DNA of 64,000 nt, from assembly GCA_036279515.1 (NCBI GenBank), contig DASUJA010000048.1:19479-83478 (forward strand), in the 5' to 3' direction. A model generated the notes under the pieces. That model had not been told where the DNA came from. It made no database searches and was given only the letters and a program-made list of their open reading frames with translations. The position numbers and the translations under genes are program-made. Source of the stretch: Rhodocyclaceae bacterium. Lineage in GTDB: Bacteria > Pseudomonadota > Gammaproteobacteria > Burkholderiales > Rhodocyclaceae. The stretch's first letter is position 1; each line of letters begins with the position of its first letter. This document shows positions 19,171 to 28,968 of this stretch, one piece after another.

Positions 19171-19590
19171 ATGAGCACAATTTCCAGCCTCGGTTCATCC
19201 ACCGTACAGGCTTGGTCTGGCGCGAGCATGCGTAAACCGCCTGCCCAAAAGATGTCCGACCTGTTTCAGAAAATCGACACCAACGGTTCCGGCAGCATCA
19301 CCAAGGCCCAGTTCGAGCAAGCCTTTCAAACCATGTCGCCCTCCAAGGGCTTTCAGCAGGCGGGTGCGGATGCCGTCTGGGCCAAGCTCGATCCCAACGG
19401 CACCGGCAGCGTTTCCAAACAGGATTTCGTCGGCGGCATGACTTCGATGATGTCCCAGTTTCGGCATGGGCATCATCATCAGGCTCAACAGGCTCAACAG
19501 GCCAGTGCCAATAGCTCGGCGGCACAGACGCTTTCCACCAGCCTCGATTCGCTCAATAGTGTCGGCAGCAACGTGGACGTGATGGCGTAA
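19171..19590 (+). CDS. Small two-EF-hand calcium-binding protein with a His-rich tract
   Basis: EF-hand loops DTNGSGSITKAQFE and DPNGTGSVSKQDF. RHGHHHQAQQ tract. The ORF extends upstream to 19069; I chose the ATG at 19171. Confidence 0.55.
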   Translation: MSTISSLGSSTVQAWSGASMRKPPAQKMSDLFQKIDTNGSGSITKAQFEQAFQTMSPSKGFQQAGADAVWAKLDPNGTGSVSKQDFVGGMTSMMSQFRHGHHHQAQQAQQASANSSAAQTLSTSLDSLNSVGSNVDVMA

Positions 19591-19637
19591 TTTCCTGCTC
19601 CCCGTGTTGGCCTGACGGTCGGCACGGATGGTTCAGA

Positions 19638-19670
19638 AAAGCCGCAAGCGCAAACCCGCTTGCGGCTTTT
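19638..19670. terminator. Bidirectional rho-independent terminator between convergent genes
   Basis: AAAAGCCGCAAGCGCAAACCCGCTTGCGGCTTTTT: a 12-bp stem flanked by an A-run and a T-run. Confidence 0.75.
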
Positions 19671-20891
19671 TCATTGGTATCGCAGTGCTTCGATCGGGTC
19701 CAGTTGTGCCGCTTTGCGCGCCGGATAGAAGCCGAAGAAGATGCCCACTGCTGCCGCTACGCCGAAGGCCAGCAGCACGGACGAGCCGGAGATGACCACC
19801 GTGGTGTTTGCCACCGCGTTCGCCACGAGGGCGCCGCCCACGCCGATGACCAAACCGATCAGACAACCGGCAACCGAAATGACGACGGCCTCCAGTAGGA
19901 ATTGCAGCAGGATGTCCTGTTCTCTCGCACCGATGGCCATGCGGATGCCGATTTCTCTTGTCCGTTCGGTAACCGACACCAGCATGATGTTCATGATGCC
20001 GATGCCGCCCACGAGCAGCGATACGGAAGCAATGGCGCCGAGCAGCAGGCTCATGATGCGTGTGGTTTCAGCGGCGGAGTCGGCGACTGCCGTGAGGTTG
20101 CGGATGGTGAAGTCGTCGTCCTGACCTTCGCGGACGCGATGGCGCTGACGCAGCAGCGACGCCATGGACTTTTCCACCGAGTCCATCAGTTCCGGACTCT
20201 CGGCCTGCACCTGCATCAAGCGAACTGAGCCGGGGAAAGATGTGCCGAACAATTTTCGTTGAGCGGTGGTGAGAGGAATCAGGATAGTGTCGTCCTGGTC
20301 GCGCCCATCGAGGCTCTGACCTTTTTTCGACAGTACGCCCATCACCTGGAAAGGACTGTTGCGGATGCGCAGGGTCTTGCCCACCGGGTCTTCGTCGCCG
20401 AACAGGGTTTGCGCCACGGTCTTGCCCAGCAGCGCCACGCGGGTGACGGAGCGCAGGTCCGTGTCGGTGAATGGCGCCCCTGATTCCAGAGGCCAGGAGC
20501 GCACGTCGAGATAGGAAGGCGTGACGCCGAACACCGAGGTGTTCCAGTTGTTGTTGCCGTAGATCACTTGGGCGGAGCCGGGATGGATCGGCGCGACCGC
20601 TGCCACGCCGGGCAATTCGCCGATGGCGTTGGCGTCATTGATGGTGAGGGTCGGCGCGTTGCCGCTACCGATACGCACGCCGCTGGCGGTGGATGAGCCG
20701 GAGAGCACGATGAACAGATTGGCGCCCATGGAATTGATGGACTCCGCTACCGCCAACTGCGCACCCTGGCCGATGGCCGTCATCAGCACTACGGCAGCCA
20801 CGCCGATCACCATGCCAAGCATGGTGAGGAAGGTGCGCAGTCGGTTCGCGCCCATGGCGCTCCAGGCTTGGCCCAACAAAGTCATGATCAT
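19671..20891 (-). CDS. ABC transporter permease, FtsX/MacB-type
   Basis: N-terminal TM, large periplasmic domain, then three C-terminal TM segments (FtsX fold). Last gene of the efflux operon. Confidence 0.85.
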   Translation of the reverse strand: MIMTLLGQAWSAMGANRLRTFLTMLGMVIGVAAVVLMTAIGQGAQLAVAESINSMGANLFIVLSGSSTASGVRIGSGNAPTLTINDANAIGELPGVAAVAPIHPGSAQVIYGNNNWNTSVFGVTPSYLDVRSWPLESGAPFTDTDLRSVTRVALLGKTVAQTLFGDEDPVGKTLRIRNSPFQVMGVLSKKGQSLDGRDQDDTILIPLTTAQRKLFGTSFPGSVRLMQVQAESPELMDSVEKSMASLLRQRHRVREGQDDDFTIRNLTAVADSAAETTRIMSLLLGAIASVSLLVGGIGIMNIMLVSVTERTREIGIRMAIGAREQDILLQFLLEAVVISVAGCLIGLVIGVGGALVANAVANTTVVISGSSVLLAFGVAAAVGIFFGFYPARKAAQLDPIEALRYQ

Positions 20892-20972
20892 GATGCGTCG
20901 TGCCTCACCGGGTTAATCCATTCGACATAGCGAGGAGCCTGGAGTGCCATGGGCACGAGCGCCCCAACAACG

Positions 20973-21019
20973 GCCAATCCCCCGTCCCCCTTCCCGAGGA
21001 AGGGGGACGGGGGATTGGC
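20973..21019. repeat. Perfect 22-bp-stem palindrome between the ABC ATPase and permease genes
   Basis: GCCAATCCCCCGTCCCCCTTCC-CGA-GGAAGGGGGACGGGGGATTGGC. The arms are exact reverse complements with a 3-nt loop. Confidence 0.7.
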
Positions 21020-21047
21020 GCTACGCGCAGAGTACGAATCATGGAGC

Positions 21048-21761
21048 TCACGTCGGCTCCTCCTCGTGATCGTGCCCGCCGTCGTGCGTAATCCGCCCAT
21101 CGCGGAAGCGCACCAAGCGCTTGGCGTGGCGGGCGATGTCCGGTTCGTGAGTCACCAGCACGATGGTGATGCCTTCTCTATTGAGCGCCTCGAACAACGC
21201 CATGATTTCTTCCGAGGTTTGCGTATCCAGATTGCCGGTGGGTTCGTCGGCCAGAATCAAGCGCGGATTGTTCACTAGGGCGCGAGCGATGGCGACGCGC
21301 TGCTGCTGGCCGCCGGAGATGCGGTTGGGCAAGGACTTTGCATAGCGACCGAGGCCAACCTTTTCCAGCATCACGCCGGCGCGGGCCCGACGTGTCTCCT
21401 TGTCCATGTGGCTGTAGACCAGCGGCAGGGCCACGTTGTCTTCTAGGCTGATGCGCGGCAACAGATTGAAGCCCTGGAAAACGAAACCAATCAGACCGCC
21501 GCGCACGCCGGCCAGTTCATCCTTGCTCATGCCGCTCACTGCCCTGCCTGCGAGGCGGTACTCGCCGCCGCTGGGCCGGTCCAGGCAGCCGAGGATGTTC
21601 ATGAAGGTGGACTTGCCCGAGCCGGACGGCCCCATGATTGCGACGAACTCGCCCGGTTCGATGGAGAGGTTCACGTCCTTGAGTACAGGGAAGGGGCCGG
21701 CCGGCGTCTCGTAGGACTTGGCCAGGCCTTCTACCTGAATGACCGGATTTGTCGTCATCAA
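21048..21761 (-). CDS. ABC transporter ATP-binding protein (MacB/LolD-type)
   Basis: Walker [10 protein letters not shown]. Signature [15 protein letters not shown]. Walker B LILADEPT. Confidence 0.9.
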   Translation of the reverse strand: MMTTNPVIQVEGLAKSYETPAGPFPVLKDVNLSIEPGEFVAIMGPSGSGKSTFMNILGCLDRPSGGEYRLAGRAVSGMSKDELAGVRGGLIGFVFQGFNLLPRISLEDNVALPLVYSHMDKETRRARAGVMLEKVGLGRYAKSLPNRISGGQQQRVAIARALVNNPRLILADEPTGNLDTQTSEEIMALFEALNREGITIVLVTHEPDIARHAKRLVRFRDGRITHDGGHDHEEEPT

Positions 21762-21768
21762 GCGCCGA

Positions 21769-23028
21769 TCAGAAGGGTCGGAACTGGGGGCCGGTGCCGC
21801 TGGAGGCCTTGGTTTTTCCGTTGGAGCTCTCTGCCACGACGACCTGTTGGCCGGGCTTCAGATCGCCTTCCAGCACCTCGGTGTTGCGGCCGTCGGTGAT
21901 GCCGGTCTTGATGGCGACGGACTTGAGCTTGTCGCCTTCCAGCACCCACACGGTGCCGCTGCTGGGGTCGCGCCGCCGTTGCTGGCCGCCTTCGCCACGG
22001 GCTGCGCCGGGTTGGCCTGCAGCACTCTGTCCTCCGGCGCCGCCAGGAGCGGCTGCCATGCCAGGCGCACCGGCCGGTTTGGCACTCGGCGCGGCCCCAT
22101 CGAGAGGCTTGAAGCGCAGGGCGGCGTTGGGCACCAGCACCACGTTTTGGCGGCGGGCCACGTTGATGTTCACGTAGGCCGTCATGCCGGGCAGTAGCAC
22201 CTGATCCGGATTTTCCACGGAGACCACCACGTCGTAGGTGACCACGTTGGATTGGGTAGTGGGATTGAGTCGCACCTGTTTCACCACGCCGTGGAAGGTG
22301 CGATTTTGGAAGGCGTCCACATTGAAGCGGACCTGTTGTCCTTCCTTGATCTGGCCGATGTCCGCTTCGGCGAAGCTGGAGTCGATCTGCATCTGGGTCA
22401 GATCGCGGGCGATCTTGAACAGGGTCGGCGTCTGAAAGCTGGCGGCCACGGTCTGGCCCACGTCCACCTGGCGGTCCACCACGGTGCCGCCGACGGGTGA
22501 GCGAATCACCGAGTAGCTGATGTTGGCGCGGCTCTTGGCGACTGCGGCTTGCTGCTGTTCCACCGATGCCGCCGCCGATTTGCGCGCCTGCACTGCGGTG
22601 TCGTAATCCTGCCGGGACACGTAATCCTGGGCGAAGAGGGACTGCATGCGTCTTTCGTTGGCCTGGGCCAGTTCCAGGCTGGCACGGGCATTCTTCAAGT
22701 TGGCTTCGTCCTGATGGGCCTGCGCAGCGAGCAGGGTGTCATCCAGTTCGGCGAGGATCTGGCCTTCCTTCACTTTGCTGTTGAAATCCACGTTGAGCTT
22801 TTTCACCGTGCCCGACACCTGGGTGCCGATGCTGATGAGGGACACGGGATTGAGCGTGCCGTTGGCGGAAACGTTCTGTGCCACGTCGCCCGATTCCACG
22901 GCTTGCATCCGGTAACGCTGGGCCGGATCGGCCTTGGTGAACCAGGCGTATACGCCGTAGGCGACGCCGGAGAGGATCAGCAGCAGGATCAGGGCGATCC
23001 AGAAACGCTTGGAGGAAAGAAGCTTCAT
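21769..23028 (-). CDS. Efflux periplasmic adaptor subunit (HlyD/MacA family)
   Basis: N-terminal TM anchor, coiled-coil region, beta-barrel/lipoyl-like segments. Gly/Ala/Pro-rich C-terminal tail. Confidence 0.85.
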   Translation of the reverse strand: MKLLSSKRFWIALILLLILSGVAYGVYAWFTKADPAQRYRMQAVESGDVAQNVSANGTLNPVSLISIGTQVSGTVKKLNVDFNSKVKEGQILAELDDTLLAAQAHQDEANLKNARASLELAQANERRMQSLFAQDYVSRQDYDTAVQARKSAAASVEQQQAAVAKSRANISYSVIRSPVGGTVVDRQVDVGQTVAASFQTPTLFKIARDLTQMQIDSSFAEADIGQIKEGQQVRFNVDAFQNRTFHGVVKQVRLNPTTQSNVVTYDVVVSVENPDQVLLPGMTAYVNINVARRQNVVLVPNAALRFKPLDGAAPSAKPAGAPGMAAAPGGAGGQSAAGQPGAARGEGGQQRRRDPSSGTVWVLEGDKLKSVAIKTGITDGRNTEVLEGDLKPGQQVVVAESSNGKTKASSGTGPQFRPF

Positions 23029-24395
23029 GGGCGTTGCGCCGTGTCGGCGGCGATCTGGTTGGTGTCGAGAGTGCCCAGCGCTTGGGCGAGGGTGGCACGG
23101 GCCACGTTCCAGGTATAGAGCGCTTGAACCCGTTGTTGGCGGGCGGATGCGAGGGCGCTCTGGGCGTTGAGCATTTCCAGTAGCGTGCCCACGCCGGCGG
23201 CATAACGGCCTCGGGCTACCTTGTCGGACTGCTCGGCGCTAGCGATCAGGTCAGCGGTGGTACGCACCGACTGGGTACTGGTTTGCAGGGACTGCCAGGC
23301 GGACCACACGTCCTGAGCCACTTGCAGGCGGAGGCGGTCGGCTTGTGCTTCACGTACCTCCTTCTGGGCCTGGGCCTGCTCCACTTTGTAGGTGGTGGCG
23401 AAGCCCGAGAAGAGTGGGACGGAAAGGGTCACGCCAACGCTGCCGCTACGCAGGTCGGGTAGGGTGCCGGTCTTTTGGTCGCTGGCGGAAAAGCCCAGGG
23501 AAATACTGGGCAGGTGCGCAGCGCGAGCGGCGTTGATGGAAGCATCGGCGGCGGCCACTTGGGCCTCGGCGGCGAGCAGGTCGGGCCGCTGGCGGCGGGC
23601 TTCGGTCACGAGGGCTTCCAGGTTTCGCTCGAAGGATTCGGGTGGCTGACTTTGCTCCGTGGCAGCAATGACGATGGGCCGCTGGGCATCGCGACCAATG
23701 ACCTGATTGAGTACGCCCTGTTGTGTCTTCAGGGAACCCTCGGCGCTGATGCGCGTGAGCTGCGCTTGCGACAGGGCGGTCTGGGCCTGGAGCTTGTCGG
23801 CGGATGTGGCGCTGCCGACTTTGTAGCGGGCATCGGCAGCCTTGAAGCTTTCCAGGGCCGCAGCCTCGGCTTGGCGGGCCGCATCCAGCGATGCGACGGC
23901 ACCTTGGACTTGATAGAAGGCCTGCACCGCAGTGAGCAACAGGGACTGCACCGTCGCGTCGCGGGTGGCGTTGGCGGCGACCAGCAACTGGCGCGAGTTT
24001 TCGATCGTGGCGGAGCGGGTGCCAAAGTCGAACAGCAACCAGGAAGCCGAAAGGCCTACGCTGCGCACATCGCTGGTGACACCGCTACTGCGGCTGCGAC
24101 CGCTGCTGGCCGTGGCGCTGGCAGCAGGCAGCCAAGCGGCTTCCGATATGCCCAGTTGAGCCGCCTGGAAGCGAGCATTTGCCCATACTTCGCGGGTCAG
24201 AGGGTTAGCGCAAAGGGCACTATCCACCACATGGCTCAAACTTAGCGCCGTCGAGTCGGCGGGTGCAGCACAAGGTGCGTAGGGTTTGACGTCGGACTGG
24301 GTGCCGAATGGGTCGCTCAAGCTCGCGGCGAAGGCGGACAATGAGGCCAGCCCGAGGCCGGTGGCAAGCAGGATGCGGTGGGGACGCGAGAACAT
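23025..24395 (-). CDS. Outer-membrane efflux protein (TolC/NodT family)
   Basis: Signal peptide ILLATGLGLASLSAFAASL. Two coiled-coil/beta-barrel repeats typical of the OEP family. ORF starts at 24638; I chose ATG 24395 (alternative 24434). The 4-bp overlap with the adaptor gene suggests a four-gene operon. Confidence 0.8.
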   Translation of the reverse strand: MFSRPHRILLATGLGLASLSAFAASLSDPFGTQSDVKPYAPCAAPADSTALSLSHVVDSALCANPLTREVWANARFQAAQLGISEAAWLPAASATASSGRSRSSGVTSDVRSVGLSASWLLFDFGTRSATIENSRQLLVAANATRDATVQSLLLTAVQAFYQVQGAVASLDAARQAEAAALESFKAADARYKVGSATSADKLQAQTALSQAQLTRISAEGSLKTQQGVLNQVIGRDAQRPIVIAATEQSQPPESFERNLEALVTEARRQRPDLLAAEAQVAAADASINAARAAHLPSISLGFSASDQKTGTLPDLRSGSVGVTLSVPLFSGFATTYKVEQAQAQKEVREAQADRLRLQVAQDVWSAWQSLQTSTQSVRTTADLIASAEQSDKVARGRYAAGVGTLLEMLNAQSALASARQQRVQALYTWNVARATLAQALGTLDTNQIAADTAQRP

Positions 24396-24523
24396 GCCGG
24401 CAGTGTACCTACATGCATTTGCGATCATGTTCATGCCGCATGTAAATTTGTTACTAGGGGTAAGGTGTCTCGCAAAACGGCGGGATTTCTTATTACTCTT
24501 TCGGAAAAGCCAGGAGGGGCCAA

Positions 24524-24973
24524 GTGGATCAGAACAAGGAACAGGATTGCGAGTTGTGCCGCGTACCCAGCGGCGATTTGCTTTGGCAGGACGGAAGCTG
24601 CCGTGTGATCCGCGTCGGCGGGTCGGAGGGAGGCGCATTTCCTGGTTTCTGTCGCGTAGTCTGGAATCGCCACGTGAAAGAAATGAGTGATCTCTCGGGG
24701 GCTGAACAACGCCATTTGCTCAATGTGCTGCTGGCGACGGAAACGGCAGTGCGCGCAGTAGCCCAGCCGGACAAGATCAATCTGGCATCCTTCGGCAACA
24801 TGGTGCCGCACTTACACTGGCACGTGATCCCTCGCTGGCGCGACGATAGCCATTTCCCCGGCGCCATCTGGGCCACCCCCCAGCGCCCGGTGCCCTCGCG
24901 GCCCGTGGTGGACAGCACCGCTCTACAACGCGAACTGCAACAGGCCTTGGCCGAACTCCATAGCGGAGGTTGA
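24524..24973 (+). CDS. HIT-family (histidine triad) protein
   Basis: Histidine triad HLHWHVIPR. N-terminal CxxC (CELC). GTG start with an AGGAGG ribosome-binding site. Confidence 0.85.
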   Translation: MDQNKEQDCELCRVPSGDLLWQDGSCRVIRVGGSEGGAFPGFCRVVWNRHVKEMSDLSGAEQRHLLNVLLATETAVRAVAQPDKINLASFGNMVPHLHWHVIPRWRDDSHFPGAIWATPQRPVPSRPVVDSTALQRELQQALAELHSGG

Positions 24974-26616
24974 TGATGGATATTGCGATGGATATTGATT
25001 GGACCGCCACCCCCTTCGATCTGCCTGGTCTTGGCGGCAGCGAAGCCCCAGCGATTGCTTCCGCCGCTGCGGCGAAGGAATGGGCTCATGCCCTGCCTTT
25101 GGCGAACCCCGCCGATGTCCTGTTCCGACTCTCCACCGAACTGGATAGGCAGAACCGTCACCCGCTCAATCCCGTAGAACGTCTGGCAGTGCTGGACACC
25201 CTCTACAAGCCCATCGCCTTTGCACTGGAAGAAAGCGCGAAGCGTTACGGTGGCAAGCCCCTGCCGCCGGTGGCAGGTGATCAGATGGCTTTCGACAATG
25301 CCCAGTCATTGCGTCGGGCCTGTATCCACGCCGGTCTGCGCGCTTTGGCCGATAGCCTGAACGGCAGCGACGCCAATCTCCAGGCCTCGGCTTTGCAGCG
25401 TACCCTTGGCCATTTGGCGAACTTGCAATTGGATTTTCTGCGCGCTCGTCGCCAGTTGCCTTCCAGCTATTGGCAACAGGTCCATCGACTCTTGGCCTTG
25501 GCTGAGGCGCAGGGCCTGACCACTACATCGGTGCGCGACACGGCGCGGCACGGCGATACCGCCACTACGCCGCTCGCCGCCTATGGCGAAGCCCTGCTGC
25601 TCCATGCTTCCAGCCCCTTTGAACTTTCGCTACGGCAACTGGCCTGGGTTGCCCGATGGGCGCGGCGCTGGGGTGCCAAGCTGGTGCTGGCCAGTGCGCC
25701 TCCCAGCAACCTGGAAGCCTTGCCGCTTACGGTGGATTTGGCTTCCGGGCTGCCTCCCGGCCAACGGCCCTTTGCTGGTCCGGGCGCTCGTTTGCTGCTG
25801 ACCCATGATCTGCGTACCAGCCTCAAGTCCCGCATCTCCCTGCTCGGGCAGGGGCGCACGCCGGCCGAGTTGCAATTGGGCGATGACTGTACCCAGCCCG
25901 CCTGTGAGCGCCTGCTCAAGCAGCTTTACACCCGCTGGTGCAAGGGCGGCCAGCCTCGCGGTGCCGAGCGGCGGCCCGAGAACTCGCCGGGTTACGCCAT
26001 CTTCGGTTTTGAAGGCATCCACTATCACCTGTCGGGCGGCAAGCGTCTCAAGCAATCCGCGGCACTACCTTCCATTGCTGACCTGCGCCGGGAGCGGGAA
26101 CAGCTGGCGACCTTCGGCACCCTTTCCACCCACCAGCCCACGCCAAGCGACAGCGGCGTTATTCCTCCCGTGGAGACCGATTGGCAGATCAAGGACGAGT
26201 CGGCCACCGGCGTGCGTATGGCGCGACCGGCAGGCAGCAGCGATAAGGGCGCGACCAAGAGCGCCCGCATCAACGTCGGGCAACTGGTGGCGCTGGAACC
26301 TCCCGGCGCGGGCCGACCCTTCCTGGCTTCCCTGCGCTGGATGTTCCAAGATACGGATGGTTGGCTACAGGCCGGTGCCCAACTGATGCCCGGCCCCGTG
26401 GAGGCGGTGGGCCAACGTGCCGTCGACGGCGGCGATGTGTGGTTGCATGGATTCCTGCTGCCCCCTCTTCCCGTGCGTAATGAACCGGCCAGCGTGCTGC
26501 TGCCCGCCGGCACCTTCCGCAGCGGGCGCAAACTGATCCTTCAACAAGATGGCACCCTCACGCTGACCCGGCTGCTGGAGCGGGGCGAGGACTACGAGCG
26601 GGTTGCCTACGAATAA
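24973..26616 (+). CDS. Hypothetical protein (548 aa), translationally coupled to the HIT gene
   Basis: ATGATG start overlapping the HIT stop, with GGAGG upstream. No confidently recognisable motif. A D-x-S-x-x-G tract (DESATG) hints at a PilZ-like fold, but only weakly. Confidence 0.5.
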   Translation: MMDIAMDIDWTATPFDLPGLGGSEAPAIASAAAAKEWAHALPLANPADVLFRLSTELDRQNRHPLNPVERLAVLDTLYKPIAFALEESAKRYGGKPLPPVAGDQMAFDNAQSLRRACIHAGLRALADSLNGSDANLQASALQRTLGHLANLQLDFLRARRQLPSSYWQQVHRLLALAEAQGLTTTSVRDTARHGDTATTPLAAYGEALLLHASSPFELSLRQLAWVARWARRWGAKLVLASAPPSNLEALPLTVDLASGLPPGQRPFAGPGARLLLTHDLRTSLKSRISLLGQGRTPAELQLGDDCTQPACERLLKQLYTRWCKGGQPRGAERRPENSPGYAIFGFEGIHYHLSGGKRLKQSAALPSIADLRREREQLATFGTLSTHQPTPSDSGVIPPVETDWQIKDESATGVRMARPAGSSDKGATKSARINVGQLVALEPPGAGRPFLASLRWMFQDTDGWLQAGAQLMPGPVEAVGQRAVDGGDVWLHGFLLPPLPVRNEPASVLLPAGTFRSGRKLILQQDGTLTLTRLLERGEDYERVAYE

Positions 26617-26876
26617 GGGATTCAGGCTCGTGGGGCGCAAAGAAAGAGGTGGCCGCAAAACCTAGTCCGTTCGCCCTGAGCCAGTCGAAGGGCGTTTCGG
26701 AGCGCCGGTCATGGTTCCACAAGCCTGTCCTGAACTCGCCGAAGGACTCATCACGAATGGAATTCCTCCAACAGTTTCGTTTGTACCCAGGATCGTGGAT
26801 CGCCTAGGGCCGCCAAGCCCTGCCTGTTAAACTGGCGCCCCGCGGTTTCCCGCTAAATCCCGCTCCATTCCCAGCC

Positions 26877-27302
26877 ATGGCCGGCCTTGATCGCTCTACG
26901 CCCATCCCCATCGAAATCAAGCTCCACAACGCTTCCCATCTTATGGAGCTTAGTTTCACTGATGGCACCACTTACCAGTTGCCCTACGAGTACCTGCGCG
27001 TCTTCAGCCCTTCGGCGGAAGTGCGCGGCCACGGCATCGGGCAAGGTGTGTTGCAAACGGGAAAGCGCGGTGTGACCGTCACCGGCGTGGAACCCGTGGG
27101 CAACTACGCGGTGAAGATACTGTTTTCCGATGGCCACAACTCCGGCCTCTATTCCTGGGACGTGCTCTACCACCTGGCAACCAACCAGAAGGAGCTGTGG
27201 CAGAAATACCTGAGCCAACTGGAAGCGGCCGGCGCCAGCCGCGACGTGGAGTCCACCAAGCCTTTGGCCGCAGGACACCACGGCCACTCTTGCAAGCACT
27301 GA
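26877..27302 (+). CDS. DUF971 (gamma-butyrobetaine hydroxylase-like N-terminal domain) protein
   Basis: Conserved family typically encoded immediately upstream of ubiE. About 140 aa. Confidence 0.75.
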   Translation: MAGLDRSTPIPIEIKLHNASHLMELSFTDGTTYQLPYEYLRVFSPSAEVRGHGIGQGVLQTGKRGVTVTGVEPVGNYAVKILFSDGHNSGLYSWDVLYHLATNQKELWQKYLSQLEAAGASRDVESTKPLAAGHHGHSCKH

Positions 27303-27312
27303 AAGCACAACC

Positions 27313-28056
27313 ATGAGCCAGACCCATTTCGGATTCCAGACCGTCGCCGAGGAAGAAAAGGCCAAGCGCGTCGCCGGCGTTTTCTCTTCCGTCGCCACCA
27401 AGTACGACATCATGAATGACCTGATGTCTGCCGGCCTGCACCGCATCTGGAAGAAGTTCACCATCGAGGTTTCCGGCGTGCGTCGCGGTGATCGCGTGCT
27501 GGACGTGGCGGGCGGCACCGCCGACCTTTCCTCTGCCTTCGCCAAGCGCGTGGGCGCCGGTGAGCCAGGAGGGGGCCAGGTGTGGCTCACCGACATCAAC
27601 AACGCCATGCTCACCGTGGGTCGCGACCGTCTGCTGGACGAAGGCGTCATCACGCCCGTGGCCCAATGCGATGCGGAGAAGCTGCCCTTCCCCAGCGACT
27701 ACTTCGATTGCGTCACCGTGGCGTTCGGCCTGCGCAACATGACCCACAAGGAATCCGCCCTGGCCGAAATGCGCCGTGTGTTGCGCCCCGGCGGTCGGCT
27801 GCTGGTGCTGGAATTCTCCAAGGTGTGGAAGCCCCTGGAGAAGCCCTACGACTTCTATTCCTTCAAGATCCTGCCCTGGCTCGGGCAGAAGGTGGCCGGC
27901 GATGCCGAGAGCTACCAATATCTGGCTGAATCCATCCGCATGCACCCGGACCAGGAAACCCTCAAGGGCATGATGGAACGGGCCGGTCTGGAACGGGTCG
28001 ACTACTTCAACCTCACCGCAGGCGTCGTTGCGCTGCATCGCGGTTACAAACTTTGA
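27313..28056 (+). CDS. ubiE: Ubiquinone/menaquinone biosynthesis C-methyltransferase UbiE
   Basis: FGFQTV...[21 protein letters not shown] motif [10 protein letters not shown]. Confidence 0.92.
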   Translation: MSQTHFGFQTVAEEEKAKRVAGVFSSVATKYDIMNDLMSAGLHRIWKKFTIEVSGVRRGDRVLDVAGGTADLSSAFAKRVGAGEPGGGQVWLTDINNAMLTVGRDRLLDEGVITPVAQCDAEKLPFPSDYFDCVTVAFGLRNMTHKESALAEMRRVLRPGGRLLVLEFSKVWKPLEKPYDFYSFKILPWLGQKVAGDAESYQYLAESIRMHPDQETLKGMMERAGLERVDYFNLTAGVVALHRGYKL

Positions 28057-28093
28057 GGGGCGTCCGCCCTTCATCCTCTAGAAGGAAACTTCA

Positions 28094-28960
28094 ATGAAAC
28101 GTGTCGTCATCGGCCTTTGCGCCGCAGTATTGGCCCTCGGTCTGGGCTTCAATTCCACCGACGCGGAGGCCAAGCGCCTGGGCGGCGGCGGTTCCGTCGG
28201 CATGAGTCGCAACACGGCGCCCATGCAGCGCCAGTACAGCACGCCTCCTCAACAGGCCAAGCCCGCGCCCCAGGCAGCACCTACGCCTGCTCCGACGCCG
28301 CAGCCCCAGCCGTCCGGCATGCGCCGCTGGCTCGGTCCCCTGGCCGGTCTCGCTGCCGGTATTGGCTTGGCTGCGCTGCTGTCCCATTTCGGCTTGGGCG
28401 AAGGCATGGCCAATGTGTTGCTCATCATGGCCCTGGTGATTGGTGCCGTATTCGTCTTCCGTTTGCTGTTCGGCCGCAAGGAACCGGCGCGGCCCGTCTA
28501 TGCCGGCAATATTGGTGACAACAGCCCCGCCCGCTTCGAGTCGCTGCAACCGGCCGCTTCCGGTGCTGCTGTCGAGCCCGTGGCAGTGCCTGCCGATTTC
28601 GATACCGCCGGTTTCCTGCGGCAAGCCAAGCTGAATTTCACCCGTCTCCAGGCCGCGAACGACTCGGGCAACATGGACGACATCAAGGCCTTCACTTCCC
28701 CCGAGGTTTTTGCAGAAGTGGAAATGCAATACCAGGAGCGGGGCCGCACCAAACAGCAGACCGACGTGATGCAACTGGATGCGGATCTGGTGGAAGTGGT
28801 GAGCGAGGAAAAGCGCCACGTGGCCAGCGTGCGTTTCCACGGCCTCCTGCGCGAAGAACCGAACGCTACGCCCATCTCTTTTGATGAAGTCTGGCACCTG
28901 ACCAAGCCGATGGATGGTTCTGAAGGCTGGCGTGTCGCTGGTATCCAGCAGATTCAATAA
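28094..28960 (+). CDS. Tim44-like domain protein
   Basis: Signal/TM segment, Pro/Ala-rich linker, C-terminal Tim44-like fold. Conserved ubiE-Tim44-ubiJ synteny. Confidence 0.75.
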   Translation: MKRVVIGLCAAVLALGLGFNSTDAEAKRLGGGGSVGMSRNTAPMQRQYSTPPQQAKPAPQAAPTPAPTPQPQPSGMRRWLGPLAGLAAGIGLAALLSHFGLGEGMANVLLIMALVIGAVFVFRLLFGRKEPARPVYAGNIGDNSPARFESLQPAASGAAVEPVAVPADFDTAGFLRQAKLNFTRLQAANDSGNMDDIKAFTSPEVFAEVEMQYQERGRTKQQTDVMQLDADLVEVVSEEKRHVASVRFHGLLREEPNATPISFDEVWHLTKPMDGSEGWRVAGIQQIQ

Positions 28961-28968
28961 GGTCCGTC

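Noticed and set aside
26617-26876. Possible tRNA or small RNA in the 260-bp intergenic region
   Set aside because: No cloverleaf-compatible GTTC/T-loop or acceptor-stem complementarity found. Treated as promoter/5'UTR of the DUF971-ubiE operon.
26853-27653. 266-aa minus-strand ORF
   Set aside because: Antisense to the DUF971 and ubiE genes, both with strong family signatures.
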